From the sequence record SRR2962707_575: a stretch of 20,000 nt of DNA; one strand, 5' to 3'. Shown one piece after another: positions 1 to 9,196 of this stretch. Each line of letters opens with the position of its first letter. Within the stretch, counting starts at the first letter, position 1. The notes below the pieces were generated by a model, which searched no databases, was not told the origin of the DNA, and saw only the letters and a program-made list of their open reading frames with translations. Made by a program: the position numbers and the translations under genes.

Positions 1-1
1 G

Positions 2-391
2 CGCCCGCGCCATTTTAGAGCCAACGCCGCCGATGTTGCTGGTCTTTTTGATTATGTGAGCAAAACATCGCCGCGCTACAATGAAATAAAAACCCCCGCC
101 ATTATCATCACGGGCGATAAAGATGCCATCGTATTACCGAAAATTCATTCGGTTGGCCTCAACCGTGATATTGAAAACAGCCAGCTCATTTGGGTTAAGA
201 ATATGGGCCATAAGCCTGACCACGTGGCACCGGAGCTGGTGATCGCAGCGCTCGAAAATCTTGTTGGTGGAAATAATGATTTACCGGCCATGCGCGATGC
301 GGTTGAAGCCCGCATCGCCAATGATGATTTTGGTCCGCTTGAAAAATGTTTCGATAATCCCGAAATCAAAGCGGCCGTGGAGCAACAGTAA
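2..391 (+). CDS. Alpha/beta-fold hydrolase, C-terminal part (5' truncated by window edge)
   Basis: Frame is open from base 2 (RPRHFRANAADV...). It contains the typical C-terminal acid motif IITGDKDAIV and His motif GHKPD. Stop TAA at 389-391. Confidence 0.8.
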   Translation, partial: RPRHFRANAADVAGLFDYVSKTSPRYNEIKTPAIIITGDKDAIVLPKIHSVGLNRDIENSQLIWVKNMGHKPDHVAPELVIAALENLVGGNNDLPAMRDAVEARIANDDFGPLEKCFDNPEIKAAVEQQ

Positions 392-399
392 TCGGGCGA

Positions 400-1836
400 T
401 TAAACGCCCGACTGTCCATCTGAATTTACAGAAGCAATACGCAACATATTCGTCGAGCCAGGCACGCCTAATGGCACACCTGCAGAAATGATGATGCGAT
501 CGCCCGGTTTTGCGAATTCTTCTTCAACTGCGATCGCACATGCGCGATCAACAATCTCATCTAGATTGTCAGCTTCGCCTGTCACCACGCAGTAAAGTCC
601 CCACGCAAGCGCCAAGCGACGCGCCGTTTCAACAACGGGTGACAGCGCGATAATTGGCACAGATGGCCGCTCACGTGACGCGCGGATACCTGTTGCGCCT
701 GATGAGGTGAAACACATAATCGCACTCAGATTAAGCGTTTCAGCAATCTGACGAACAGCGGCAGAGATAGCGTCGGCACCGGTGGCTTCAGGCCCATCGC
801 GCTGTGCAACGATGATGCCTTGATAAGTTGGCTCTTGTTCAACTTGGCGCGCGATACGCGACATTGTTTCAACAGCCTCTACCGGATAATCACCCGCAGC
901 AGATTCAGCAGAAAGCATAACAGCATCCACGCCCTCGAACACCGCAGTTGCCACGTCAGAAACTTCAGCACGTGTTGGCACAGGCGCTGAAATCATTGAT
1001 TCAAGCATCTGTGTTGCAACAACAACTGGTTTACCAGCACGGCGCGCTTTGCGCGTAATTTGTTTTTGAACACCCGGTACTGCTTCCAAAGGAAGTTCAA
1101 CGCCCAAATCACCGCGGGCAACCATGACCGCATCAGACTGTTCGATAATCTCGTCAATACGCTCAACAGCCTGCGGCTTCTCAATCTTAGAAAGGATCGC
1201 CACGCGGCCTTTTGTGATTTCGCGCACTTCGATCAAGTCTTCAGGACGTTGAACGAACGAAAGAGCAATCCAATCAACGGGCTCAAGCAATACAGCATCA
1301 AGGTCTGAACGGTCTTTTTCTGTCAGCGCGCTAGTGCGGATAAGCGTATCAGGAAGGCTAACGCCCTTTTTGTTGGAAATATTTGTGCCTGACACAACGC
1401 GGCAAACGATTGACGTGCCGTTTGCTTCTTCAGCAACCAACGCCAAACGCCCATCATCAATCAGCAAACGATGACCTGGCTGAACAGCTTCCAAAATTTC
1501 AGGATGCGGCAGGTGAACGCGCGTTTCATCGCCTTCTGCTGGATTATCATCGAGTGTAAAAGTCTGGCCCGGCTTCAAAGTAACTTTCGTATCTTTGAAA
1601 ACACCAACGCGTAGCTTTGGACCTTGCAAATCAGCAAGAATGCCGATGGGACGGCCAACATCTGCCTCAACACTGCGGATTGTCTGAACAAGTTCACGCA
1701 TCATGTCGTGGCTGGAATGGCTCATATTGATGCGGAAAACATCTGCGCCAGCTTCATAGAGCTTGAAAATCATTCCCTTGGTATTCGATGCAGGCCCTAG
1801 AGTGGCGAGTATCTTAACTTTGCGACCACGTTTCAC
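400..1836 (-). CDS. pyk: Pyruvate kinase
   Basis: Motifs KILATLGPAS, FRINMSH, DLQGPKLR, SKIEKPQAV, MVARGDLGVE, ATQMLESM, PTRAEVSDVA and MLSAESA. The GTG start overlaps the upstream TGA stop (GTGA at 1833-1836). Confidence 0.98.
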   Translation of the reverse strand: MKRGRKVKILATLGPASNTKGMIFKLYEAGADVFRINMSHSSHDMMRELVQTIRSVEADVGRPIGILADLQGPKLRVGVFKDTKVTLKPGQTFTLDDNPAEGDETRVHLPHPEILEAVQPGHRLLIDDGRLALVAEEANGTSIVCRVVSGTNISNKKGVSLPDTLIRTSALTEKDRSDLDAVLLEPVDWIALSFVQRPEDLIEVREITKGRVAILSKIEKPQAVERIDEIIEQSDAVMVARGDLGVELPLEAVPGVQKQITRKARRAGKPVVVATQMLESMISAPVPTRAEVSDVATAVFEGVDAVMLSAESAAGDYPVEAVETMSRIARQVEQEPTYQGIIVAQRDGPEATGADAISAAVRQIAETLNLSAIMCFTSSGATGIRASRERPSVPIIALSPVVETARRLALAWGLYCVVTGEADNLDEIVDRACAIAVEEEFAKPGDRIIISAGVPLGVPGSTNMLRIASVNSDGQSGV

Positions 1837-2351
1837 TGATTTTCCCCTTGATTTATTATAGGCCCATCTTGGCCAGTTTGTGTTTCACTTTGCGCCTGAT
1901 CGTCAACAAGCTGCACCATCCAACTCTGCTGGTTTTCTGTGTCATATTCACGAAACCCAGCGCGTTGAAAGCCGCGCGCAAAACAATCATTCACACCTGT
2001 GATTTTAAATTCGCGTTCTGCAACGCACATATTTACCGGTCCATCCCATCGGCCACCGCGAAGTGCGTCCTCAGCATAGAGATAATAATAGCGCGATGCC
2101 AATGGCCCCTCGATCAATGTTTTACATTTAGAGGGCTCAACATGCCACCAACCTTCAGTAATCCAACCCGTGCGGGCACGGTATCCAATTGATACGCCAA
2201 CAAGTTCCTGTGTTGCATTGCAAACACGAAAATCGGCGCGCGCATCTACTGTGCCTGCTGTGAACGAAGCCATGAAAAGAAGAACAAATGCGGCAGGCAT
2301 GTGCCACGCGGTCCGAGTTTTGATTTTAAAGTGCCTAAACAAACGCTGCAT
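1833..2351 (-). CDS. DUF1036-family exported protein
   Basis: Signal-peptide-like N-terminus ending VDARA-DFRVCN; family-like motifs TEGWW, RYYYLYAED and CFARGF; four Cys. Position next to pyk is typical of Rhizobiales. Alternative start ATG at 2300. Confidence 0.8.
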   Translation of the reverse strand: MQRLFRHFKIKTRTAWHMPAAFVLLFMASFTAGTVDARADFRVCNATQELVGVSIGYRARTGWITEGWWHVEPSKCKTLIEGPLASRYYYLYAEDALRGGRWDGPVNMCVAEREFKITGVNDCFARGFQRAGFREYDTENQQSWMVQLVDDQAQSETQTGQDGPIINQGENQ

Positions 2352-2551
2352 TATCCGTTCTCATACTTGCGCCAGATTGAATCTCTAAAAGCAAGAATAC
2401 TGTCTTTTGGCACGGCTGTAACACATGTCAATGGACAAAGCAGCCAAACCTAGAAATGATATAAAGAGTTTGGTCATTTTCGCCTTGATTGAGCAAGCCA
2501 ACGAACCGATATCAACAAGAACAATTTGTACTCGAAAATAGGATTTATGCC

Positions 2552-2860
2552 ATGGCTGATATTTCATCACAAAAACAAACTGAATTGGAAGCAGCCGCAT
2601 TCCGCCGATTGGTGGCCCATTTGAGAGCGCGCAATGATGTGCAAAACATCGACATTATGAACCTTGCCGGCTTTTGCCGGAACTGTTTGTCAAATTGGTA
2701 TAAGGACGCCGCCAACGACGACGGCATTGAATTATCAAAAGATGAAGCCCGCGAAATTATCTACGGTATGCCTTATCTAGAATGGCGCGATAAATATCAA
2801 ACAGAAGCAACACCAGAGCAAATCGCTGCAATGAATAAAAACAAACCGGATCACGGCTAA
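2552..2860 (+). CDS. DUF1244-family protein
   Basis: Signature ELEAAAFRRLVAHLR...DVQNIDIMNLAGFCRNCLSNWY...REIIYGMPY. ATG at 2552 follows AGGA (2540-2543) and is preferred to the TTG at 2489. Confidence 0.88.
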   Translation: MADISSQKQTELEAAAFRRLVAHLRARNDVQNIDIMNLAGFCRNCLSNWYKDAANDDGIELSKDEAREIIYGMPYLEWRDKYQTEATPEQIAAMNKNKPDHG

Positions 2861-2894
2861 TTGCTCGCCTATTATGCGGCGCTAAGAAAGTTGC

Positions 2895-4085
2895 TTAACC
2901 AGGCCACGCAAAATTATCTGCTCGCCCCTCATGGCTAGGGGCTGGCAAACCATCTTCAACCAAGCGCTGACGAAAAGACTTTGCTTGCAGTGGATTAGAT
3001 ACGCGCGCGGCCAGATCCGCGGCATCACCAAGCAACTCAGAACCGCCGTCTAAATCTGGATCATCAAACGAAATTGGGTTCATGCGCACCAGATCAGCTT
3101 CTGATTCAAGCGGCGGAAGAGAAAGCAAAGGCGCATTGCCATCACCCAAAGAGATCAATGATGGCGAAGCCGCATCCCCTAAAATAGGCCGCAACTGGCG
3201 TTCTACATAAAACGCCAATTTACGCTTACCTGCGCCGGTGAAATTAATCCCATCACTTGCACGAAGCCGCGCATCTTGGCCCTTAATGTCTGAACCTGAA
3301 TAAATGAAATTGCCCTCTTCATCAACAAAACCATTCCAGATATCGACGAATGCACCGCCAGCCTGCGTCACTTCGCGCTTATAAACTTCATTAAAGGCGA
3401 CGATATCAGCCGACATTGTCGTGAACTTGTAGGGAGGGCTGCCCATCCACATCATCGGGATGTTTTTGTCCCTAATAGCCTTTACGAGCGCCACAACGCG
3501 TTTCACATATTCTGCCTGCCAAGCATCGCTACGCACATTTTCCGTGCTGCCATTCACCCGCATAATCTGCCGGTCATTGGAACCAAGCGCGATCACAACA
3601 ATTGCCGGATTTACTTCATCGATATATTCGACGATTTTTTCCGGCCAATTGAAAAAGTCGTCGCGCACGAGACCAGATGATCCGCTCGTGCGCTCATCAA
3701 TTACAACATTGGCCGTATCCGCAAAGCCCTCTACCAAGCCATCGCTCAAGCCGCTTGCAACGAAGTCTCCGATAACCAACACGTGTCGCGCATCTTCAGA
3801 TTTATCGACAGCTTCCGAATTATCGCTTGAAGAACCAGACGAAACAGCGGCGCTCGATGCAGAACGAGGCGCCTTTTTAACAACAGGTGTTTTGGCTGCC
3901 TTTTTCGGCGCTTCCTTCTTTTCACGCTTGCCAAATAGCAACTGAAACAGGTTTTTCTTTTTTTCTTGCGCGTGGGCTTGGATAATGCCCAATCTCTCAC
4001 CTATCGGTGCTGGCAAATTTCCAGCGCCCATCAACAAGGATAGGGCGCAGAAAATTACAATCCAAACACGTAGGAACCGCTGCAA
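2895..4085 (-). CDS. DUF459 / SGNH(GDSL)-fold exported protein with degenerate catalytic motifs
   Basis: N-terminal hydrophobic signal, then a Lys/Ser/Ala linker, then SGNH blocks VLVIGDF, SGSSGLVR, LGSND and SDGINFT. TTG start is uncertain. Confidence 0.82.
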   Translation of the reverse strand: MQRFLRVWIVIFCALSLLMGAGNLPAPIGERLGIIQAHAQEKKKNLFQLLFGKREKKEAPKKAAKTPVVKKAPRSASSAAVSSGSSSDNSEAVDKSEDARHVLVIGDFVASGLSDGLVEGFADTANVVIDERTSGSSGLVRDDFFNWPEKIVEYIDEVNPAIVVIALGSNDRQIMRVNGSTENVRSDAWQAEYVKRVVALVKAIRDKNIPMMWMGSPPYKFTTMSADIVAFNEVYKREVTQAGGAFVDIWNGFVDEEGNFIYSGSDIKGQDARLRASDGINFTGAGKRKLAFYVERQLRPILGDAASPSLISLGDGNAPLLSLPPLESEADLVRMNPISFDDPDLDGGSELLGDAADLAARVSNPLQAKSFRQRLVEDGLPAPSHEGRADNFAWPG

Positions 4086-4138
4086 AACTATAAATCCATA
4101 TTTCAGTGTTTTGGGCTAAACCCAATAAAAGCACGCCG

Positions 4139-5353
4139 TTACTTACGACGTAGCGCTTTTAACACTTCCATGGATGGATATCCATCCTGAGCAAGGCCGA
4201 ATTGCGCTTGAAACGACTTAATCGCATTTCGCGTCATTGGACCTGGCTTGCCATCAACTTCGCCGTCGTAAAATCCGGCTCTCGACAATCGGGTTTGCAA
4301 TTCCTCTGCCTCGGCAACTGAAATACGGGTGTAAGGTCGTTTCCAATCCTTATCAGGCTCGCCCCAGCCCGCTATTTGGTCGGCGAGTAGACCAACGCCA
4401 AGCGCATATTTATCCGCGTTGTTATAGCGTTTAATGACAAAGAAGTTCTTGACCATCAAGAATGCTGGACCATCTCGTCCCTGCAAAACCTTCAACTCGG
4501 CTGCACGTGATGGATCAGGAAACTCCTTGCCATTGGGACGGCGCAAACCAATTCTTTCCCACTGCGCTAAGCTCAGCTTACCGCCCGGAAATTTTCTACC
4601 CTCAGGCAAACTAACTTCATATCCCCACGTTTGGCCCGCCTGCCAACCATTTTTGCGCAGCAAATTAGCAGCGGTATAAAGCGCGTCAGGAATTGAGTTC
4701 CATATATCCCGCTTGCCATCGCCGTCGCCATCAAGGGCAAATGCAGCGTAGCTCGTTGGAATAAACTGCGTGTGGCCCATTGCGCCAGCCCATGAACCCA
4801 TAAGGGCGTTCAAAGAAACATCGCCGCGCTGCGCGATTTTAAGTGCGCTGATTAATTGACCACGCGCAAATTTCGCGCGGCGCGGATCGGCATAAGCAAG
4901 TGTCGCCAAAGCGCGCGGCACATAGTGAAGCCGCTCCGGGTCTTTTAGCGCTTCGCCATAGCTCGATTCCATGGACCAAATGGCCAAAACAATATACCGG
5001 CTAACACCGGTGTTGCGCTCAATTTGGTCGAGTAGGCTTTTATATTTACGGGCCATTTCTTGCCCATTGGCAACGGTCCGCTCATTCACACGGCTATCAA
5101 TATATTGCCAAGCTTCGTCCTTAAATTCCGGCTGGAAGCGCGCTTTTTCAAGCACCTCAGGGTCCGGCGTTTTTACGTTAGCAAAGGCAGCGTCATATAT
5201 TTGCGATGAAACGCCATTATTGATCGCAGTGCCGCGAAAATCGCGAATCCATTTTTGAAAACCCGCATCGGCATAAGACGATGAAACCGACAGCGATAAT
5301 GCCAAAACCGCACCGGCAATAAGTGTCATCTTGGACTTCAATTGATCAGCCAT
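4139..5353 (-). CDS. Lytic murein transglycosylase (MltB/SLT_2 family) with C-terminal peptidoglycan-binding domain
   Basis: QPEF, catalytic IWSMESSYG, GSWAGAMGHTQFIPTSY, EF-hand-like DGDGDGKRDIW, and PG_binding_1-like LQTRLSRAGFYDGEVDGKPGPMTRNAIKSFQ. ATG at 5353 has GGGAG 8 nt upstream. Signal peptide ends SSSYA. Confidence 0.93.
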   Translation of the reverse strand: MADQLKSKMTLIAGAVLALSLSVSSSYADAGFQKWIRDFRGTAINNGVSSQIYDAAFANVKTPDPEVLEKARFQPEFKDEAWQYIDSRVNERTVANGQEMARKYKSLLDQIERNTGVSRYIVLAIWSMESSYGEALKDPERLHYVPRALATLAYADPRRAKFARGQLISALKIAQRGDVSLNALMGSWAGAMGHTQFIPTSYAAFALDGDGDGKRDIWNSIPDALYTAANLLRKNGWQAGQTWGYEVSLPEGRKFPGGKLSLAQWERIGLRRPNGKEFPDPSRAAELKVLQGRDGPAFLMVKNFFVIKRYNNADKYALGVGLLADQIAGWGEPDKDWKRPYTRISVAEAEELQTRLSRAGFYDGEVDGKPGPMTRNAIKSFQAQFGLAQDGYPSMEVLKALRRK

Positions 5354-5433
5354 ATTTACAGCTCCCATTTTTAGCATTTCATTCGGTTTCAATAAGAATC
5401 TTGCGTCATTTCGGTGGCAAAAATTTGACGCGG

Positions 5434-6927
5434 CTAGCGTTGAACTTTCACACCGACAAATCCAGTTGTCGTATTACCGCGCTGCACTGGATCACTGCTG
5501 AAAATCTGCTCGCGGCTTAATCTTCCGGTCAACGCAACATAGCGGTTTAAATTATAGGTGAGGCCGAGCGTGCCAGTTAGCGTCGTTTGGCTTGGCTTCG
5601 TGCCTTCGTATTTTTCAAAATTAGCAGCCATATTGACCGATGCTGCCAAATTGGAACGCAATTGGCGCGATACACCCAGATCAGTAGAATAGACCACAGA
5701 ACCTGCGGATCCAGAACTACCGTTGGGCTGGAATGATGTGCTTGTATTAAGCGTGACATTTGTTCCGCGCAGCGGCGACCAGTCAAGTTGGGAGGCGACC
5801 GTGACCGCTGTGATAGCATCATAGGTATTGCTAGCGATTTTTTCGCGCGCAAGACCAACAGAGACTTCGCCGCCTAATTTCTCACCAAAATTAATCAAGC
5901 TACCAACACTGATCCCTTGGCGGTTTGCATTGCGATCAATGCCATAAGCATCAAGGCTTTCGTCCATCCGGCGAATGCCATAACTTAATTCAACAAATGG
6001 CGTAAACGCCGCCGAAACTTCGTAGCCACCGCGCAAGGCAAAGCTATAATCGGTGTTATTAAGATCAGACTGCGAAACAACTGTGCCATTGTTCAACTTC
6101 GCATCATTGTAGTCACGCCGTGCGATTGTCGTGCGCAATTCACCAAATGCGCGACCAAATTCTTGCCTGACCGCTGCATTGCCAGATATGAGGCGTGTGT
6201 TGGGCTTATTAGCAGAGAAAAGGCCGGGGTTTATGTCTGGGTCTGTCGCTTGCTGAAAATAAGATGATTCCGGCGATGCGGTGGATGATGAAAATTGACC
6301 ACCAAGCGTTACTGATGTTGTGGAAGAAACATCGAGTTTTAACGTGCCGCTGGCATCATAAGTTGGGTCGTCTTTTTCGCCAGAAATCGCAACCGGCAGC
6401 GTGCCCTTGATTGAGCCATTAAACGAATGACGGCTCCAATCAGAGTTGATCAGTAATTCCAAATTTGTCTGATAGGCTTGCTTAGTCGATGAGGCCGTGG
6501 TCAGCTCTAATGTGCCATCATCAATATAGCTATATTCAGATTTTGATGTTGTGTAGCCTGCCTCAATCGATGGGCGCAGAATTAATGTACCCAGACGGAT
6601 GCCCGGTGCGGCATAAGGATTCTCATCCGTAATTTTATTGCGACCATCAATCGGCGCGATACGCTCAGTCGCGCCAAGCGGAGCGCTGCGCGCATAAGGG
6701 TCTTTTATCTTAAGCTGTTGTTCGGCCTGCTTAGCCGCGCCTTCATTTGGCAATTGACCAGGATCTAAAGCGTCGGAGGTATCGTTTGTTTCATCATCTG
6801 CAAAAATCACTAAGGCGTCTTCACCATCGCCCGTCAGCGTTTGAGCAACGCTCGGCGTCAGCATGGTCGACGAAGTGATGGCAGCTACAAGCAAGCAGAA
6901 GCCGGTTCGGCGCATCTGCCAAGCCAT
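5434..6927 (-). CDS. Outer-membrane beta-barrel protein (BBP2_2/DUF2320-like)
   Basis: Signal peptide ending PSVA-Q; NPYAAPGIRLG.LILRPS and SDWSRH motifs; alternating amphipathic beta-strands; C-terminal strand FVGVKVQR. Start is probably ATG 6927 or 6915; the ORF-track extension to 7062 runs through the AT-rich promoter region. Confidence 0.8.
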   Translation of the reverse strand: MAWQMRRTGFCLLVAAITSSTMLTPSVAQTLTGDGEDALVIFADDETNDTSDALDPGQLPNEGAAKQAEQQLKIKDPYARSAPLGATERIAPIDGRNKITDENPYAAPGIRLGTLILRPSIEAGYTTSKSEYSYIDDGTLELTTASSTKQAYQTNLELLINSDWSRHSFNGSIKGTLPVAISGEKDDPTYDASGTLKLDVSSTTSVTLGGQFSSSTASPESSYFQQATDPDINPGLFSANKPNTRLISGNAAVRQEFGRAFGELRTTIARRDYNDAKLNNGTVVSQSDLNNTDYSFALRGGYEVSAAFTPFVELSYGIRRMDESLDAYGIDRNANRQGISVGSLINFGEKLGGEVSVGLAREKIASNTYDAITAVTVASQLDWSPLRGTNVTLNTSTSFQPNGSSGSAGSVVYSTDLGVSRQLRSNLAASVNMAANFEKYEGTKPSQTTLTGTLGLTYNLNRYVALTGRLSREQIFSSDPVQRGNTTTGFVGVKVQR

Positions 6928-6980
6928 CCCATCAGAATAAAATTTATTCAGAGTTTTCACGCAATGCCGCCTTGTTTTAC

Positions 6981-7019
6981 TTAACCACAAGTAAACAAAA
7001 GCGGTTAACGAACCATTTA
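6981..7019. promoter_or_regulatory. Two near-consensus CtrA-type boxes in the divergent beta-barrel/kpsF intergenic region
   Basis: TTAA-CCACAAG-TAAAC (6981-6996) and TTAA-CGAACCA-TTTA (7005-7019), each one mismatch from TTAA-N7-TTAA. Confidence 0.5.
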
Positions 7020-7160
7020 TAATTTCAAGAAAAGCAGGAATTACGAGCGCACAAATCAACATTTGATGATTAGCGAGGCATCGTTACGCATGGACAATTG
7101 CGAAGATGTGCAGTAGCCGAGAGCTAAATAACCCCGCTCATAAACCTGTGACGATGTAAT

Positions 7161-8141
7161 ATGACAAATACACCCCCAATGATTGGCCTCGATTCTGCCC
7201 TTCGCACGCTTAATTTTGAACGCAAAGGTCTGGCAGCTTTAGAAGCTGCGCTGCAAAATGGTATGGGCGATGTGTTTGGACAAATCATCACCAAACTGCG
7301 CTCAATTCAGGGACGTGTTATCGTTTCGGGCGTTGGTAAAAGCGGCCATATAGCCTCAAAAATTGCTGCTACTTTAGCCTCTACAGGAACGCCTGCCAGC
7401 TTTGTGCACGCGGCAGAAGCAAATCACGGCGACCTTGGCATGATAACGCAAAATGACGCGATCATTGCGCTCTCATGGTCTGGCGAATCCAAAGAGCTTG
7501 GCGGGATTTTGAATTATTCGCGCCGCTTTGAAATTCCTCTGATCGCACTGACGGCCAACCCACAATCGACACTTGGCCGCGAAGCCGACTTCGTTTTGGC
7601 CTTGCCCAATGCAGAAGAAGCATGTCCCCATGGCTTGGCCCCAACAACATCAACGATCATGCAATTGGCAATGGGCGATGCACTGGCTCTCGCGCTGCTT
7701 GAAGATCGCGGATTTACCGCGATTGATTTCGAAAAATTCCATCCAGGCGGAAAACTGGGCGCAAATCTGAAACGTGTTGGCGAAATTATGCACACCGGCG
7801 AAGAATTGCCGCTGGTGGATGCGGGCACCAATATGCGCGAAGCAATTATGCAGATTAGCCAAAAAGGTTTTGGCTGCGCGGGCATCCTTTCCAAAGACGG
7901 AACACTTGCTGGCATTATCACGGACGGCGATTTACGCCGTCATATCGATGGCGACCTATTGTCGATGAATGTGGATGATGTGATGACCATTGGGCCAAAG
8001 ACAATCTCACCAGATCAATTGGTGAGTTCTGCTCTGACAATCGTCAATAATTCATCCATTACAACTTTGATGGTGGTGGAAGCGGGCAAGCCGGTCGGCA
8101 TCGTCCACTTACACGACCTGCTGCGTGTTGGCGTCGCTTAA
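7161..8141 (+). CDS. kpsF: KpsF/GutQ-family arabinose-5-phosphate isomerase (SIS domain + 2 CBS domains)
   Basis: GVGKSGHIASKIAATLASTGTP, EANHGDLG, EEACPHGLAPTTST, FHPGGKLG, GIITDGDLRR and HLHDLL. Functionally KdsD-like (Kdo precursor). Confidence 0.95.
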   Translation: MTNTPPMIGLDSALRTLNFERKGLAALEAALQNGMGDVFGQIITKLRSIQGRVIVSGVGKSGHIASKIAATLASTGTPASFVHAAEANHGDLGMITQNDAIIALSWSGESKELGGILNYSRRFEIPLIALTANPQSTLGREADFVLALPNAEEACPHGLAPTTSTIMQLAMGDALALALLEDRGFTAIDFEKFHPGGKLGANLKRVGEIMHTGEELPLVDAGTNMREAIMQISQKGFGCAGILSKDGTLAGIITDGDLRRHIDGDLLSMNVDDVMTIGPKTISPDQLVSSALTIVNNSSITTLMVVEAGKPVGIVHLHDLLRVGVA

Positions 8142-9196
8142 ACCCAACCTTCAAGTTCGCGGCGCACAACACTTTCAATCACTTCCATGCCCAAGACACT
8201 ATCGTTAAGGCATGGAATATGAGTGTATTTATGCCCGCCAGCCTCTTCAAATATTTCCGCGCCCTCACCGGCAATCTCTTCAAGCGTTTCTAAGCAATCA
8301 GAAACAAAGCCGGGATTGATGGTCGCCACTTTCGTGATGCCTTGCTTAGGCAATTCAGCAATCGTTTTATCAAAATACGGCTGCAGCCATTCTTCAGGCC
8401 CAAAACGCGACTGAAATGTCGTCATCAGCCTGCCCTTTTCCCAGCCAAGCCGCTCTTCAAGCAAGCGCGATGTTTTCATACATTGGCAATGATAGGGATC
8501 GCCCTTTTTAAAATAGCTCATCGGAATGCCGTGGTAAGACACGATCAAACGCTCAGGCGCCCAGTCAAGACCAGCCAAATGCTGCTCGATTGATTGGGCA
8601 ATGGCATCAATGAAAACCGGCTCATCTTGGTAAGATGGAACAGTGCGCAGCGCAGGCATAAACCGCATTTTGCTTAAAGCTTCAAAAACTTTGTCGTTTA
8701 CGGTTGCTGTCGTAGCCGCCGCATAATGTGGGTAAAGCGGAAAAGCGACAATACGGTCACAACCAGCATCGCGCAGCGCATTCATCCGCTCTTCAATTGA
8801 TGGGGTGCCATAGCGCATCGCCCAATCAACAACCACACTCTCATGGTCTTTAAGCGCAATGGCTAATTTATCCGACTGCGAGCGCGTATAAGTGCGCAAA
8901 TAGCTCTCATCGAGATCTTTGTTCCAAATTTCAGCATAGGCTTTGCCGACTTTTTTAGGGCGCGTATTAAGAATAATACCAAACAGAATTGGGTACCATT
9001 TCCATCTGGGAATCTCGATCACGCGCTGGTCCGTTAAAAACTCGGCCAAATAGCGACGAATGGATTTAAAATCAGTCCCATCTGGTGTGCCAAGATTAAT
9101 CAGCAAAACGCCAACTTTACCGTTTTTAACGGGAGGGTGACCTGCGGGTAACGGCCCTAATGCCTTCGCTTTTTTTCGATCCATCTTTGTTGGCAT
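8138..9196 (-). CDS. hemH: Ferrochelatase
   Basis: GVLLINLGTP, RRYLAEFLTD.RVIE, AMRYGTPSI, PLYPHY, SYHGIP, FQSRFGPEEWLQPY, GFVSDCLETLEEI and IPCLND. ATG at 9196 is better spaced from GGTGGA than ATG at 9202. Confidence 0.97.
   Translation of the reverse strand: MPTKMDRKKAKALGPLPAGHPPVKNGKVGVLLINLGTPDGTDFKSIRRYLAEFLTDQRVIEIPRWKWYPILFGIILNTRPKKVGKAYAEIWNKDLDESYLRTYTRSQSDKLAIALKDHESVVVDWAMRYGTPSIEERMNALRDAGCDRIVAFPLYPHYAAATTATVNDKVFEALSKMRFMPALRTVPSYQDEPVFIDAIAQSIEQHLAGLDWAPERLIVSYHGIPMSYFKKGDPYHCQCMKTSRLLEERLGWEKGRLMTTFQSRFGPEEWLQPYFDKTIAELPKQGITKVATINPGFVSDCLETLEEIAGEGAEIFEEAGGHKYTHIPCLNDSVLGMEVIESVVRRELEGWV

Noticed and set aside
2407..2424. TTGGCACG, a possible sigma54 -24 element upstream of DUF1244 (tempting as a TacA target)
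   Set aside because: The -12 position reads AC rather than GC (GG-CACGGCTGTA-AC), so the required GG-N10-GC is absent.
2385..2600. 71-aa minus-strand ORF in the DUF1036/DUF1244 spacer
   Set aside because: No motif; it overlaps the DUF1244 start and the divergent promoter region.
2883..2893. TAAGAAAGTTG resembling TAAGAAATTG at 16984-16993, near both putative inversion breakpoints
   Set aside because: Short, AT-rich and in direct rather than inverted orientation, so it cannot explain an inversion.
5403..5431. GCGTCA...TGACGC inverted repeat after the beta-barrel stop, and a similar weak TTGGG/CCCAA hairpin at 4111-4125
   Set aside because: Short or loose stems without a clear U-tract; not supportable as terminators.
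6928..7062. N-terminal extension of the beta-barrel ORF in the ORF track
   Set aside because: It would place 45 aa before a good signal peptide and runs through the AT-rich divergent promoter containing CtrA-type boxes.
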